A DNA stretch of 64,000 bases from an uncultured Prochlorococcus sp. (GCA_902626435.1 CACOFO010000002.1:24275-88274); one strand, 5' to 3'; counted from the stretch's first letter, positions 20,028 through 31,077 are shown. Numbers and translations are program-made. Notes: a model not told the origin generated them from the sequence alone.

Positions 20028-22935
20028 ATGAAATCTCAAAATAGCAAAGAACAAAAATCAGATTTTTCTTATAAAGAAACCTTAAATTTACTTAAAACTG
20101 AATTCTCAATGCGCGCTAACTCAGTTATAAGGGAACCTGAAATTCAGAATTTTTGGGCTAAAAATAATATTGATTTCCAATTAGGTGCAAGCAATTCAGG
20201 CGAAATATTTACATTACATGATGGCCCTCCTTATGCAAATGGAGCGCTTCATATGGGGCATGCCCTTAATAAAGTTTTAAAAGACATAATAAATAAGTAC
20301 AAAACCTTAAGAGGATTTAGGGTACATTATGTTCCTGGTTGGGACTGCCATGGATTACCTATTGAATTAAAAGTTCTTCAGAATTTAAAATCTGATGAAA
20401 GAAAGAATCTTGACACTCTAAATCTAAGAGAAAAAGCAAAAGATTATGCCTATATCCAAATTAATAATCAAATGGAGGGTTTCAAAAGGTGGGGCATATG
20501 GGGAGATTGGGATAACCCTTACTTAACTCTTAAGAAAAGTTATGAATCTGCTCAGATTGGAGTATTTGGAAAAATGTTTTTAAATGGCTATATATATCGA
20601 GGTCTTAAACCTGTTCATTGGAGTCCAAGTTCGAGAACGGCACTTGCAGAAGCAGAATTGGAATATCCTGATGAACATTATTCAAAAAGTATTTATGTTT
20701 CTTTCAAGATCACTAAAGTACCTGAGGAATTGCTATTAAATTGCATTCAAGCTAATCTTAATATCAAAAAAGATTTTTTTCAAAATAATTCTTTCATAAC
20801 TATTTGGACAACTACTCCTTGGACCATACCTGCAAATGAAGCAGTTGCAGTAAATCCAAAAATAAAGTACGTTTTTGCTATAGATGAAGAGAAAAGAATT
20901 TACCTTTTTGCAAAAGATTTATCTTCTGAAATAAGTAAGAAATTTAATAAAAATCTCAAGGTGCTTTTAGAGGTTAAAGGCTCTAAATTAGAAAATATTG
21001 AATATCAACATCCTACTAAAAATAAAATTTGCAGAATTGTAATTGGAGGAGATTATATTACTACAGAATCAGGTACTGGTATTGTTCATACTGCTCCTGG
21101 TCACGGGATAGATGATTTTAATGTGGGTCAAAAATATGATTTACCAATAACATGTGTTGTTGATGAAAAAGGCAATTTAAATGAATATTCTGGTCAGTTC
21201 AAAGGATCAAATGTCTTGAAAGATGCAAATGACTTAATTATTGAATATTTAAAGGGAAATAATTTGCTTCTTTTAAAAGAAAATTATAAACATAGATATC
21301 CGTATGATTGGAGAACCAAAAAACCAACTATTTTTAGGGCTACAGAACAATGGTTTGCATCTGTAAATGGCTTTAGATCATCTGCATTAAAGGCTATCGA
21401 AGATGTTGAATGGATGCCAGCAACTGGAAAGAAAAGAATTTATTCTATGGTTGTTGGTAGAGGAGATTGGTGTATTTCCAGACAAAGGTCATGGGGAGTC
21501 CCAATTCCAGTTTTTTATAAAAAAAAATGGCAATGATATTCTCCTTAACAGCGAGATAATTAATCATATTCAAGAACTTTTTAGTGAACATGGAGCAGAT
21601 ATATGGTGGGATTGGGATGTTAAGAATCTATTGCCAGAAAATTATGTAAAAGAATCGGATCTATGGAAAAAAGGGACAGATACAATGGATGTCTGGTTCG
21701 ATTCGGGATCCAGCTGGGCCGCAGTATGTGAACTTAGAAGTGAATTAAAGTATCCAGCTGATCTTTATTTAGAGGGCTCAGATCAACACCGAGGATGGTT
21801 CCAGTCTTCTTTGTTAACATCTGTTGCAGTAAATAATAAACCTCCATATAAGAAAGTTTTAACTCACGGCTTTGCTCTTGATGAAAACGGAAGAAAAATG
21901 AGCAAATCTTTAGGCAATATTGTTGATCCAAATATAATTATAAATGGAGGTAATAATAAAAAAACTGAACCTGCTTATGGTGCTGATGTTTTAAGGCTAT
22001 GGGTAAGCTCTGTAGATTATTCAGTAGATGTTCCAATTGGTTCAAATATTCTCAAGCAACTTTCAGATGTTTACAGAAAAGTTCGTAATACTGCAAGATA
22101 TCTTCTTGGTAATATTCATGATTATGATCCTAAAATTGATGGTTTTGAAATTGATCAATTGCCTCTCTTAGATCAATGGATGTTAGGCAGATTAGTTGAG
22201 GTTACAGATCAAATATCAAATGCTTATGAAAATTATGAATTTTCAAAATTTTTCCAAATCTTACAAAGTTTTTGTGTTGTAGATCTATCAAATTTTTATT
22301 TGGATATTGCAAAGGATAGGTTATATGTAAGTTCTAAATCGCAATTTAGGAGAAGATCATGTCAGTATGTTATGTCAAAAATTGTTGAAAATTTAGCGGT
22401 ACTTATTTCTCCAGTGCTTTGTCATATGGCTGAAGATATTTGGCAAAATATTCCATATTCAACTAAAGAAAAATCCGTATTTCAAAGAGGATGGCCAATA
22501 TTTTCGCAGTCATGGAAAAATCAAATTCTTAATGAGCACATCGCAAATTTAAGAAATTTGAGAGTTGAAATCAACAAGGCTATAGAAGGATGCAGGAATA
22601 AACAAATAATTGGAGCAGCTTTAGAAACTGAGGTTAATTATTTGCCTGAAGATAAAGTTGTAAAAGATTCACTGAGTTGGCTAAAAGAATTTGGCAATCA
22701 AGATGTAGATTCGTTTAGGGATTGGCTGATAGTGTCAAACTTCCAAGTAGTATCTGATTTGGTGGAGAATTCTCTGATTATCGAAAACAATGCACTTGGA
22801 AAAATTCAAATAATAAAAGCTTATGGTCAAAAATGTGATAGATGTTGGCATTATCAAAAAGAAACTTTTAATGGAATCCAAAATACAAAATTATGCAAAA
22901 GATGTTCAAATATTATTAATCTTGAATTTACTTAA
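20028..22935 (+). CDS. ileS: Isoleucine--tRNA ligase, split by a +1 frameshift at an A9 run (21519-21527)
   Basis: 5' ORF has [13 protein letters not shown] and WCISRQR; 3' ORF has KMSKS and the C-terminal Zn motif CDRC...CKRC; removing one A joins them into a 968-aa frame. Confidence 0.93.
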
Positions 22936-23240
22936 ATCCAGTTTTTTTGATTTAAAAAGAAAGCTGAGTTTTTATTTTCTCTTATAAAATTATCTTTTTT
23001 TTCTGTTAAAGGTGCTTTAAAAAGTTTAAAGTTTGTAATTTTATAAGTAAATGCTATAACTTTCTTTTCTAAATCTATTTCAATTGGATGAGTTGTTGAG
23101 CTACTGAAACCTTTGAAAATAAGTATTTCTAATTGTTCTTTGTGATTTTCCTTTAGAATGTAACCTTCTAATTTAAGTATCCTATTAGGTATCTCGGAAC
23201 TTATTTTTTCAAGATTATTTATTAAATCAATATCTGGCAT
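22932..23240 (-). CDS. Conserved cyanobacterial hypothetical protein
   Basis: [12 protein letters not shown] motif; start placed at MPDIDL (23240). Confidence 0.7.
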   Translation of the reverse strand: MPDIDLINNLEKISSEIPNRILKLEGYILKENHKEQLEILIFKGFSSSTTHPIEIDLEKKVIAFTYKITNFKLFKAPLTEKKDNFIRENKNSAFFLNQKNWI

Positions 23241-23871
23241 TTTCTGAGAAGCAAGAGTTTCTTCCATTTTTGGGTAATTTTATCATTGACCATTGAACCA
23301 AGCCCAAAGTGTAGATTAATAATGAAAATAATCCTAAAAATTTTGCTATCGGCTGAGTAAAGTTAGCTCCGAAGAAAAAATTAAATAAATTTTTGATAAA
23401 AATATAGAAATTTGAAGAAGGCTGAAGCCATATTTCACATGCACCCGAATTAATAAAAGAAAAGCAGGCTAAGTTCTGAAAACTTTGAATTAAGAAATTG
23501 AGAGATATAAAAGTTATTGACCATCTCCATACTTTTGTAGTTGTGGTTAGAGAATAGGATAAATCATATTCTTTTAATTCATCATTAATATCGTTCCAAA
23601 ACCAAACTGAAATTGTCATTAATAATAATGAAATATTTGTAATTAACAGAGCATAATCATACTTACCTATTAAGAGGAAAAGGCTTATAAAAAATAAAAG
23701 GGATACTTTCCAATATATAGATAGGAGCTTATTAACAGCTTTGTTTTTCTTTTTAATTGACCACAATAATAATGCAATAGGAATTCCAATTAAGAAAATT
23801 ATTGAAAGTTGAAAAGAGAGCCAAACTGAAAGTTGATTAAGAACGTTCAAAACATTTGTTTTTACATACAT
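23227..23871 (-). CDS. DUF3177-like membrane protein
   Basis: Multiple TM segments, IYWKVSLL, SVWFWNDINDEL, KLPKNGR. Confidence 0.75.
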   Translation of the reverse strand: MYVKTNVLNVLNQLSVWLSFQLSIIFLIGIPIALLLWSIKKKNKAVNKLLSIYWKVSLLFFISLFLLIGKYDYALLITNISLLLMTISVWFWNDINDELKEYDLSYSLTTTTKVWRWSITFISLNFLIQSFQNLACFSFINSGACEIWLQPSSNFYIFIKNLFNFFFGANFTQPIAKFLGLFSLLIYTLGLVQWSMIKLPKNGRNSCFSENARY

Positions 23872-23971
23872 AATAATTAAACATCAAACTGTTACTTTTT
23901 AAATTACTATTGTCATAGTTGTGAATATTACACATATTCGAATAAGCACAGATCAATAGATTAATAATTAC

Positions 23972-24601
23972 ATGAGACAGCATGTTAATCCTCTAAGTAA
24001 AAATTTCGATCAAATTGAAAGAATTCCCTCTTTGAACGAAATGTTTGATAATTCTAAATTGAATCTTCATCTTGATATCGGATGTGCTTCGGGTGAGTTT
24101 TTATTCGATCTAGCTTTAGATAATACTAATTGGAATTATCTAGGTATTGAAATCCGTGAGAGATTGGCCAATTCTGCTAAGTTAAAATTGCTAGACAAAG
24201 AAATTAAAAATTTGCATTTTGTATTTGGAAATGCTCATAACATATTAAATGATATCAATAGTAAATTTATAATCAAAAATTTCAAAAGTATTTCCTTCAA
24301 TTTTCCTGATCCATGGTTTAAAAAAAGGCATCATAAAAGGCGCGTAATACAGCCAGAGTTTATTAATATTCTCTCAAATTTAATGAAAAAAGGGTCCCTT
24401 ATTTATATTAAAACAGATGTAAAAAATTTATTCGAATATATGGATTGTACGATATCAAGTGATTGTAATTTTGAAAAAATAGACAAAAAGGATTTCAATT
24501 ATTCCACAAGTTTTAATCCAAATAAAGTTCAAACTAATAGGGAAAAATATGTTCTTGCAAATGAACTTAAAATTTTTGAGAATATTTATATAAAAACCTG
24601 A
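23972..24601 (+). CDS. trmB: tRNA (guanine-N7)-methyltransferase
   Basis: [29 protein letters not shown]. Confidence 0.95.
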   Translation: MRQHVNPLSKNFDQIERIPSLNEMFDNSKLNLHLDIGCASGEFLFDLALDNTNWNYLGIEIRERLANSAKLKLLDKEIKNLHFVFGNAHNILNDINSKFIIKNFKSISFNFPDPWFKKRHHKRRVIQPEFINILSNLMKKGSLIYIKTDVKNLFEYMDCTISSDCNFEKIDKKDFNYSTSFNPNKVQTNREKYVLANELKIFENIYIKT

Positions 24602-24608
24602 TTCATAA

Positions 24609-25961
24609 TTAATAAAGTATTTTATTAATTTCCAAACTGAGTTTGTTTGTTATTTCTCTCGATAAAGAATGAACCTGCTTCTCATTTTTTGCCTCTATTA
24701 GTACTCGGATTAGGGGTTCTGTTCCGCTAGGTCTTATATAAATCTTACAACTGTCGGAATAATTAACCTTAATATTTTCTATAGTTTCACCAATTAAGCT
24801 TCTGGCTTTTTGCGTTATTTTATTTGAATTAGTATTTAAATTAATATTGGTTAGTTTCTGATGGTATGGTTCGAAACTACTTTTGAGCCAATCATTTAAG
24901 GTAATATTTTTCTTTTTACAGAGTTTAGAAATTTGGAGTGCAGTCAATATTCCATCTCCACAAAAGTTATTAATTTTTGAAAGTATGTGACCTGATTGCT
25001 CACCTCCTAAAATTGCTTTTTTTTCCTTTATTGCCTCATAAACGAATTTATCTCCAACATCAGATCTATATAAAATTCCACCAATTTTATTCCAAGCCTT
25101 TTCAAAACCTAAATTTGCCATTTGAGTTGATATTAGTAAATTATTTGTGAGAATCTTTTGTTCCATAAGTTCTCTGCCCCAAAGAAAAAGGATATGATCT
25201 CCATCTAATACATTCCCTTTAGAATCAACACCAATTACTCTATCGGCATCACCATCGAAGCTAAACCCCATATCTGAAGCATTCTCGTTGATAGCTTTTT
25301 TTAATGGTTCAAGGTGAGTAGAACCACAATTCATATTAATTTTTAAACCATTTTTTGAGTTATTTATAACTTTTACATCGGCGCCAAGAGTCTGAAAAAT
25401 TTTTTTTGCGCAGGTTGTCGCAGATCCATAACATGTATCTAATGTTATTTTCATACCGCTTAGATTTTCTGCTCCCATTGTTTGGATAAGGCTTTGGATA
25501 TAAATATCCATAAGCTCTTTATTTTCTTTTAAAGAAATCATTTTTGCACAAATTAAATTATTTGTATTTATTTCTTGAATTAGTTGTTGGATTTTATTTT
25601 CAAGATTTGTAGTAATTTTTTGTCCATTATGATCAAAGATTTTTATGCCATTATATTCTGGAGGATTATGACTAGCAGATATCATTATTCCACTACTTAA
25701 ATTTCCATATCTGATTAAAAAAGGAACAGCTGGAGTAGGGCAGATTCCAAGATTTATAAATTTTTTGCCACTTGCATTTATACCTGACGTTATTGCCTGA
25801 AGCAGAATATCTCCACTAACTCTTGTATCTTTTCCAATTAATATTGGATTTTTATTTTTTAAAGTCAAACCTAAGGCATAACCAATTTTATAAGCTAAAG
25901 AATAAGTTAGTTCTTTATTAAATCTTCCTCTTATTCCATCAGTTCCAAAGATTGATTGCAT
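24609..25961 (-). CDS. glmM: Phosphoglucosamine mutase
   Basis: [35 protein letters not shown]. Confidence 0.93.
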   Translation of the reverse strand: MQSIFGTDGIRGRFNKELTYSLAYKIGYALGLTLKNKNPILIGKDTRVSGDILLQAITSGINASGKKFINLGICPTPAVPFLIRYGNLSSGIMISASHNPPEYNGIKIFDHNGQKITTNLENKIQQLIQEINTNNLICAKMISLKENKELMDIYIQSLIQTMGAENLSGMKITLDTCYGSATTCAKKIFQTLGADVKVINNSKNGLKINMNCGSTHLEPLKKAINENASDMGFSFDGDADRVIGVDSKGNVLDGDHILFLWGRELMEQKILTNNLLISTQMANLGFEKAWNKIGGILYRSDVGDKFVYEAIKEKKAILGGEQSGHILSKINNFCGDGILTALQISKLCKKKNITLNDWLKSSFEPYHQKLTNINLNTNSNKITQKARSLIGETIENIKVNYSDSCKIYIRPSGTEPLIRVLIEAKNEKQVHSLSREITNKLSLEINKILY

Positions 25962-26096
25962 AATTAATTTTTGGGAACTAGGGATATTTTAATATTATTA
26001 AGTTATTACTTTATCAGTTGATTAAAAAGAAAAAGATCAGAATTCTCTTTATTTGTTTTACTTCTTTAATATATCTAAATAAACCAATTATTCATA

Positions 26097-26642
26097 ATGC
26101 AATCTGAGAGTAGAGAACAACTTTTTAATAAAAACTTCAAAATAATTATTGTTCCGTTAATTACTGTTGTTATTATTTCTTTGATTTTATTTAGAAATCT
26201 TTTTTTTCAATCAACTTATCTTCTTAAGAGTTTTGGAGAATTATCTGTTGATCCTGAAATCGCTTTTGAAAATAATAAGCCAACTTTCCTTGAATTTTAT
26301 GCTGAGTGGTGCGAAGTATGCAAAGAGATGGCTCCTAATGTATCTTCTTTAAAAGAGGAATATGAAAAAGATATTAATTTTGTTTTTTTAAATGTTGATA
26401 ATCAAAAATGGAATAATTACATCAGAAAATTCAACGTAAATGGCATTCCTCAAGTTAATCTGTTTGATAAAAAAGGTAATTTAATATCTACTTTTATTGG
26501 TAAACAAGAAGAATTAAAAATAAAAGATTCTATTGATCAATTAGTGAGAGAATCAATATCTCATGAAGAAGTTCTTAATGCTGAATTTTCAGTAATTCAA
26601 GAAAAAAACATACATATGGTTTCTCCTCGGAGTCATGGATAA
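26097..26642 (+). CDS. txlA: Membrane-anchored thioredoxin (TxlA/HCF164-like)
   Basis: N-terminal TM helix, FYAEWCEVC, C-terminal PRSHG. Confidence 0.8.
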   Translation: MQSESREQLFNKNFKIIIVPLITVVIISLILFRNLFFQSTYLLKSFGELSVDPEIAFENNKPTFLEFYAEWCEVCKEMAPNVSSLKEEYEKDINFVFLNVDNQKWNNYIRKFNVNGIPQVNLFDKKGNLISTFIGKQEELKIKDSIDQLVRESISHEEVLNAEFSVIQEKNIHMVSPRSHG

Positions 26643-26645
26643 TAT

Positions 26646-27278
26646 TTACCAATCAAGAGATTTTGATACAACTGGAAAACTTTTTTTAAAAATAGACTTG
26701 CAATCTTGGGCGATAGACTTATGTTCTTCCTGAGTACCATGAGCTGATCTCAAATGAATGTAATGTATCCATGATCTACATGATCCTGACATGTAGATTT
26801 TCGTTGGAGTTGCTAATGGTAATACAAATCTCGCACATTCTTTAGCTATTCCTTCAGCAAGTAATTCTTCATATAATCCTGAAGCAGCCTTAAAATGTAA
26901 AGCAATTTTTTCATTGAATCTTTTTTTTAATTTATTAGGGAGGTCTGGAATAGAATTTTGCCTATTTTTAAAATCCTGTCTTCTCAATTCTGGCAAAGGG
27001 ATGTTACCCAATTGAGAGCTATCTGCATATCTCTGTGAGAATTCTTGGAAAGTAAATGATCTATGTCTTAAAATTTGTGCCGCAATTCCTCTATTGGTTT
27101 CTATTTGTAAAGTCATAAAAGACTGTTCAAATACACTCCAGTGTTCATTTTTAATGCAATAACTCAATAATTTTGAATAATCCTCATTTTTCTGGTTACT
27201 TGGATTGCTTACTCTAGCAATGTAAGCCATTGTTTTTTCCGCATTAGGAGTTAGCGAAATCAGTTCAACTTTACTCAT
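26646..27278 (-). CDS. thyX: FAD-dependent thymidylate synthase
   Basis: RHRSFTFQEFSQRY ThyX motif. Confidence 0.96.
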   Translation of the reverse strand: MSKVELISLTPNAEKTMAYIARVSNPSNQKNEDYSKLLSYCIKNEHWSVFEQSFMTLQIETNRGIAAQILRHRSFTFQEFSQRYADSSQLGNIPLPELRRQDFKNRQNSIPDLPNKLKKRFNEKIALHFKAASGLYEELLAEGIAKECARFVLPLATPTKIYMSGSCRSWIHYIHLRSAHGTQEEHKSIAQDCKSIFKKSFPVVSKSLDW

Positions 27279-27279
27279 T

Positions 27280-27873
27280 TTAGATCTTTGCTAAGGTTAC
27301 TTTCTCTGGTTGATTCTGATATTTGCCTCTTCTATCTTCATATGTTGTAGAACAAGGATCGCCTTCAAAAAAGAGTAGTTGACAGATCCCTTCTTCAGCA
27401 TAAATCCTACAATCTGCACCTGAACTATTACTAAATTCCAGAGTTAAGTGACCTTCCCAACCCGCCTCTGCAGGAGTTGTATTAACGATTATCCCAAGCC
27501 TTGCATAAGTACTTTTACCTATACAAATTACAGTTATATTTTCTGGTACCTTCATCTTTTCTAGTGCCACCCCTAAACCATAGGAGTGAGCAGGGAGAAT
27601 AAAAAAAGCTCCATCATCATCATGGTGAAGAACAGTTTTTTCTAAATTATCAGGATTAAATTTTTTGGGATTCATAACAGTGCCAGGTATATGCCTAAAA
27701 ATTAGGAACTCTTTTGATGAAAGTCTTAGATCATAGCCATAAGAGGAACATCCGTAACTTAAAACTGGGTTTTGTTTCTTATCAGGATCAAGATGCCGAA
27801 CCAAATTTGATTGGAAAGGGTTTATCATTCCTTCAGAGGCTTTTTGATTTATCCAGAGATCATTTTTAAGCAT
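27280..27873 (-). CDS. dcd: dCTP deaminase
   Basis: SYGYDLRL, GKSTYARLG, TPAEAGWEG, KYQNQ. Confidence 0.95.
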   Translation of the reverse strand: MLKNDLWINQKASEGMINPFQSNLVRHLDPDKKQNPVLSYGCSSYGYDLRLSSKEFLIFRHIPGTVMNPKKFNPDNLEKTVLHHDDDGAFFILPAHSYGLGVALEKMKVPENITVICIGKSTYARLGIIVNTTPAEAGWEGHLTLEFSNSSGADCRIYAEEGICQLLFFEGDPCSTTYEDRRGKYQNQPEKVTLAKI

Positions 27874-27877
27874 TTTT

Positions 27878-28459
27878 TTATGAGCGAAGTTGGGTAATTT
27901 GGTTGGCCATTAATAATAATTCTTTAGGAATATCTGTACCAGTAAGAATTACATCTCCAGATATATTTCGGTTTTCAAGTGTTGAAATCAAATCATCTTT
28001 GTCGATAATTTTCATCTCAATTGCGAGAAAAATTTCGTCAAGTATGATTTGATCGCTTTCTCCAGTAATTAGTTCTTTTTTGCATAAATTCCATAATTCA
28101 TTGGTAGATTCATGAATAGATTTTTCTAAATTTTTATTATTTTCAATTTCCTCAGAATCATATTGATCATAAGAATGGGATGATCTTACCCAATTTAAAT
28201 TGCCACAAAGGTTTAATTGATTAGCAACCCCTTGTTTAACCCCTCCCTTCATAAATTGTACTAAAAGTACTTTCTTACCAAGAGCGGCATTCCTAAGACC
28301 GTCTCTAATTATGGATGAATAACTCCCTCTATATGAAGATTGATAGATTTGGATTTGCCCGTTTTGTTTAAATCTTTTAAAGTTTATTTTGTTAGCAGAA
28401 CTTATTTCTAATAGATCAGGATTACTTTTGGAATAATTATTAGATGAACTAATTACCAT
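27878..28459 (-). CDS. Cob(I)alamin adenosyltransferase (CobO/BtuR)-like protein with degenerate P-loop
   Basis: GQIQIY, LVQFMKGG, IILDEI, VILTG and ANQITQL match the CobA/CobO fold; the GxGKGKT loop is replaced by SSYRGSY. Confidence 0.8.
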   Translation of the reverse strand: MVISSSNNYSKSNPDLLEISSANKINFKRFKQNGQIQIYQSSYRGSYSSIIRDGLRNAALGKKVLLVQFMKGGVKQGVANQLNLCGNLNWVRSSHSYDQYDSEEIENNKNLEKSIHESTNELWNLCKKELITGESDQIILDEIFLAIEMKIIDKDDLISTLENRNISGDVILTGTDIPKELLLMANQITQLRS

Positions 28460-28470
28460 TATCTTAGATT

Positions 28471-28517
28471 TTTCTACATGCAGTATAATTAGAATTTATT
28501 TACGCTGCATATAGTGT
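28471..28517 (-). promoter_or_regulatory. Tandem NrdR-type boxes over the cobO-like/dcd/thyX promoter
   Basis: TTTCTACATGCAGTAT (28471-28486) and ACGCTGCATATAGTGT (28502-28517), 31 bp apart, resemble acaCwAtATaTwGtgt; a minus-strand TATACT at 28482-28487 overlaps box 1. Confidence 0.7.
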
Positions 28518-28596
28518 AATTTTACTTAAAAAATATTGAAGAAGCTGAAACTGGAAGAAAGGAGTTCACAAAAAAAAACAATAAGAATTGAAAATT

Positions 28597-28638
28597 GTTA
28601 CTGTTGATACAAGATTTTTTTAGGTGTCTTCTTAAATT
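28597..28638 (+). promoter_or_regulatory. NtcA-activated promoter of ntcA
   Basis: tGTT-ACTGTTGA-TACa at 28597-28610 (near GTA-N8-TAC), with TAAATT 22 nt downstream at 28633-28638. Confidence 0.75.
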
Positions 28639-28657
28639 TTTAATAATAAAGTTATTT

Positions 28658-29392
28658 ATGATACCTTCTTCTCGAGGATTAAGCCGTTTGAGTTCGAATC
28701 AATCCGGACAAAGTAAAAGTAACTATGTTGGAGAACGTTTTCCAATAAATAAAACTTTAATGGAAGTAATTAAAGGTCTTGAGGGTGCAAGCACAGAAAT
28801 GGTTGAGAGATCTAAAACAATATTTTTCCCAGGTGATCCTGCTGAGAGGGTTTATCTTATAAGAAGAGGAGCAGTAAGGTTGTCAAGAGTTTATGAGTCA
28901 GGTGAAGAGATAACTGTTTCTTTGTTAAGAGAAAATAGTCTCTTTGGTGTTTTATCTCTTCTCACAGGCCATAGATCTGATCGTTTTTATCACGCAATAG
29001 CATTCACAAGAGTAGAAATGATAACAGCACCTGCAAATTCTGTTTTAAGAGCAATAGAGGAAGATGCATCAGTAGGACTATTATTGTTAAAGGGTCTTTC
29101 AAGTAGGATCCTACAAACAGAAACAATGATTGAAACTCTTACTCATAGAGATATGTCTTCTCGATTAGTAAGTTTTTTAATGGTTCTTTGTAGAGATTTT
29201 GGAGTTGCAAGTGAAAAAGGTATTACAATTGATTTAAGACTTTCACATCAAGCCATTGCTGAAGCTATTGGTTCAACGAGAGTAACGATTACGAGATTAC
29301 TAGGAGATTTGAAGGATTCGGGTCTTCTCAATATTGAAAGAAAAAAGATTACAGTTTTTGACCCTATAGCTCTTGCAAAAAGATTTAATTGA
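28658..29392 (+). CDS. ntcA: Global nitrogen regulator NtcA (CRP family)
   Basis: [38 protein letters not shown]; start moved to ATG 28658 (244 aa) because the track's TTG lies inside the promoter. Confidence 0.97.
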   Translation: MIPSSRGLSRLSSNQSGQSKSNYVGERFPINKTLMEVIKGLEGASTEMVERSKTIFFPGDPAERVYLIRRGAVRLSRVYESGEEITVSLLRENSLFGVLSLLTGHRSDRFYHAIAFTRVEMITAPANSVLRAIEEDASVGLLLLKGLSSRILQTETMIETLTHRDMSSRLVSFLMVLCRDFGVASEKGITIDLRLSHQAIAEAIGSTRVTITRLLGDLKDSGLLNIERKKITVFDPIALAKRFN

Positions 29393-29431
29393 TTCATCAT
29401 TAATTATGATGTAATGATTGTATGAAAAAAT

Positions 29432-30391
29432 ATGGCTTGGATTTTAATTGTTTTTTTAATATTACTTGGAGGACTAATTGCACCATTTGGAGATCTGCTT
29501 GGTACTAAGATTGGTAAAGCAAGATTTAGTATTCTAAAATTAAGACCAAAGAAAACTGCAACAATTGTAACGATAATAACTGGAGGTTTTATAAGCGCAG
29601 TTTCCATTGGATTATTGATCTTAGTAAGTGAAGAATTTAGGCAAAGACTTTTTGTCGATATTCCTTTTTTAAAAAAAACTTTAGATGAGAGTAAAAAGGC
29701 ACTTATTCCTTTGAAGGAAGAAAGAAAGATACTTGAATATAAAATTATCAATAAAGAAAAGGAATTAAATAAACTAAAAAGTGATGTTAAAGAATTTAGA
29801 AGAGGAAATGTAGTTATTAAAAGAGGCCAAACTTTATTTATTGCAAAAGTTACTTCTAACTCAAATATAAAAATAGATTTCGGAAAGATTTATAATAGTG
29901 CAGATAAATATGTTCAGAAAATTGTAAACCCTAATAAAAAAGAAATAAAAAATATTCTTTTATGGAGACCTAGTGATATTTCTAAAATTGAAGAATTCAC
30001 ATCAAAAGAGGGAGATTGGATCATATTGATTAAATCTGCAACTAATGTTTTGAAAGGAGATGATTTTGTTTTTGTATATCCAGAATTGCTACAAAATAAA
30101 TTTATCTTAAGAAGAGGAGAAGTTATTACAAGCAAAATTCTTGAAAGAAAAGATCTTGAAAATAAAAACATTAATGTAGAAATTAAAAATTTGTTAAGTC
30201 AAACAAGAGATAAAATCAAGTTAAGAGGGTCTATTGTGAACGAAATTAAAACAAGAGGGAACTTTATTAATAAAATAAGAGAGTCATTAAATATAAATCA
30301 AAACAATAAATATCGTTTAGATGTTGTATCTTTAAGAGACAGTAAAACTGCTGACCCAATAATAGTTGAGTTGAATATCACTAAATTATAA
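29432..30391 (+). CDS. DUF3084 domain protein
   Basis: GGLIAPFGDLLGTKIGKARFSILKLRPKKTA, then a coiled coil; typical neighbour of ntcA. Confidence 0.8.
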   Translation: MAWILIVFLILLGGLIAPFGDLLGTKIGKARFSILKLRPKKTATIVTIITGGFISAVSIGLLILVSEEFRQRLFVDIPFLKKTLDESKKALIPLKEERKILEYKIINKEKELNKLKSDVKEFRRGNVVIKRGQTLFIAKVTSNSNIKIDFGKIYNSADKYVQKIVNPNKKEIKNILLWRPSDISKIEEFTSKEGDWIILIKSATNVLKGDDFVFVYPELLQNKFILRRGEVITSKILERKDLENKNINVEIKNLLSQTRDKIKLRGSIVNEIKTRGNFINKIRESLNINQNNKYRLDVVSLRDSKTADPIIVELNITKL

Positions 30392-30398
30392 ATTTTGT

Positions 30399-30839
30399 AT
30401 GTTTAAATATCTATCTATAGACCCTGGTAAATGTAAGTGTGGGTTAGTTTTAGCTGAAATAAGTCAAAAAAAAGTTTATAAAGCCATTATTCTTAAAAGC
30501 GAATTACTTGAGGGGTATATCAGAAATTTAAATACCGTTGAAAATATATCAAAAATTATTATTGGGAATGGTACAACTAGTAGAGAGATTAGAGGAAAAC
30601 TGGATTTTTTTAAAAAGGAAATAATAATGTTTGAAGAAAAGAATACTACTTATAGAGCTAAAGCAAGATATTTCGAACTCTTTCCAATTAGAGGTTTGCA
30701 GTGTTTAATTCCTAGGGAGATGTTTATTCTTAATAAAAATCTCGATGCAATATCAGCTTTGATAATTTTGGAGGATTATTTCAGAATTCAATTTACTTTA
30801 AATCAAAATATAGATTTTAAAACTTGGCTGAAATGGTAA
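30399..30839 (+). CDS. YqgF/RNase H-like protein
   Basis: SIDPGKCKCG, IIGNGTTS, EEKNTT, DAISALIILE. Confidence 0.8.
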   Translation: MFKYLSIDPGKCKCGLVLAEISQKKVYKAIILKSELLEGYIRNLNTVENISKIIIGNGTTSREIRGKLDFFKKEIIMFEEKNTTYRAKARYFELFPIRGLQCLIPREMFILNKNLDAISALIILEDYFRIQFTLNQNIDFKTWLKW

Positions 30840-31074
30840 ATTTATATTCATTTCCTGCCTCTAGTTCATAATCTTTTTTCAATAAAAATCTCAATAATGC
30901 ATCCTCAATTAATGCTCTTCCAAGTGGAGGATTTACTAATAATTTACCTTTATTAAAAGACCATGTAAAAGTCCATTTAAATTGACTTGCTTCTACGACC
31001 CCTTTAATTTGCTTTTTTAAGAAGCAAAATTCTTTAATATTCAAATTGGCTATTGTTTCTGGTTTAAAATGCAT
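30817..31074 (-). CDS. DUF3146 family protein
   Basis: PETIA, WTFTWSF, PPLGRALIEDALLRFL, DYELEAG. Confidence 0.8.
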   Translation of the reverse strand: MHFKPETIANLNIKEFCFLKKQIKGVVEASQFKWTFTWSFNKGKLLVNPPLGRALIEDALLRFLLKKDYELEAGNEYKFTISAKF

Positions 31075-31077
31075 TTG

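Noticed and set aside
21403-21527. Separate gene start for the second ileS ORF (MLNGCQQ...)
   Set aside because: This N-terminus is just the alternative frame of the upstream half; IleRS similarity in this frame begins only after the A9 run
28473-28514. 10-bp RNA hairpin upstream of the cobO-like gene (possible cobalamin riboswitch)
   Set aside because: No B12-box, far too short, and mostly upstream of the likely TSS; better explained by two related palindromic NrdR boxes
28595-28657. N-terminal extension of NtcA in the ORF track
   Set aside because: It overlaps the NtcA box and -10 element, so it lies largely upstream of the likely TSS
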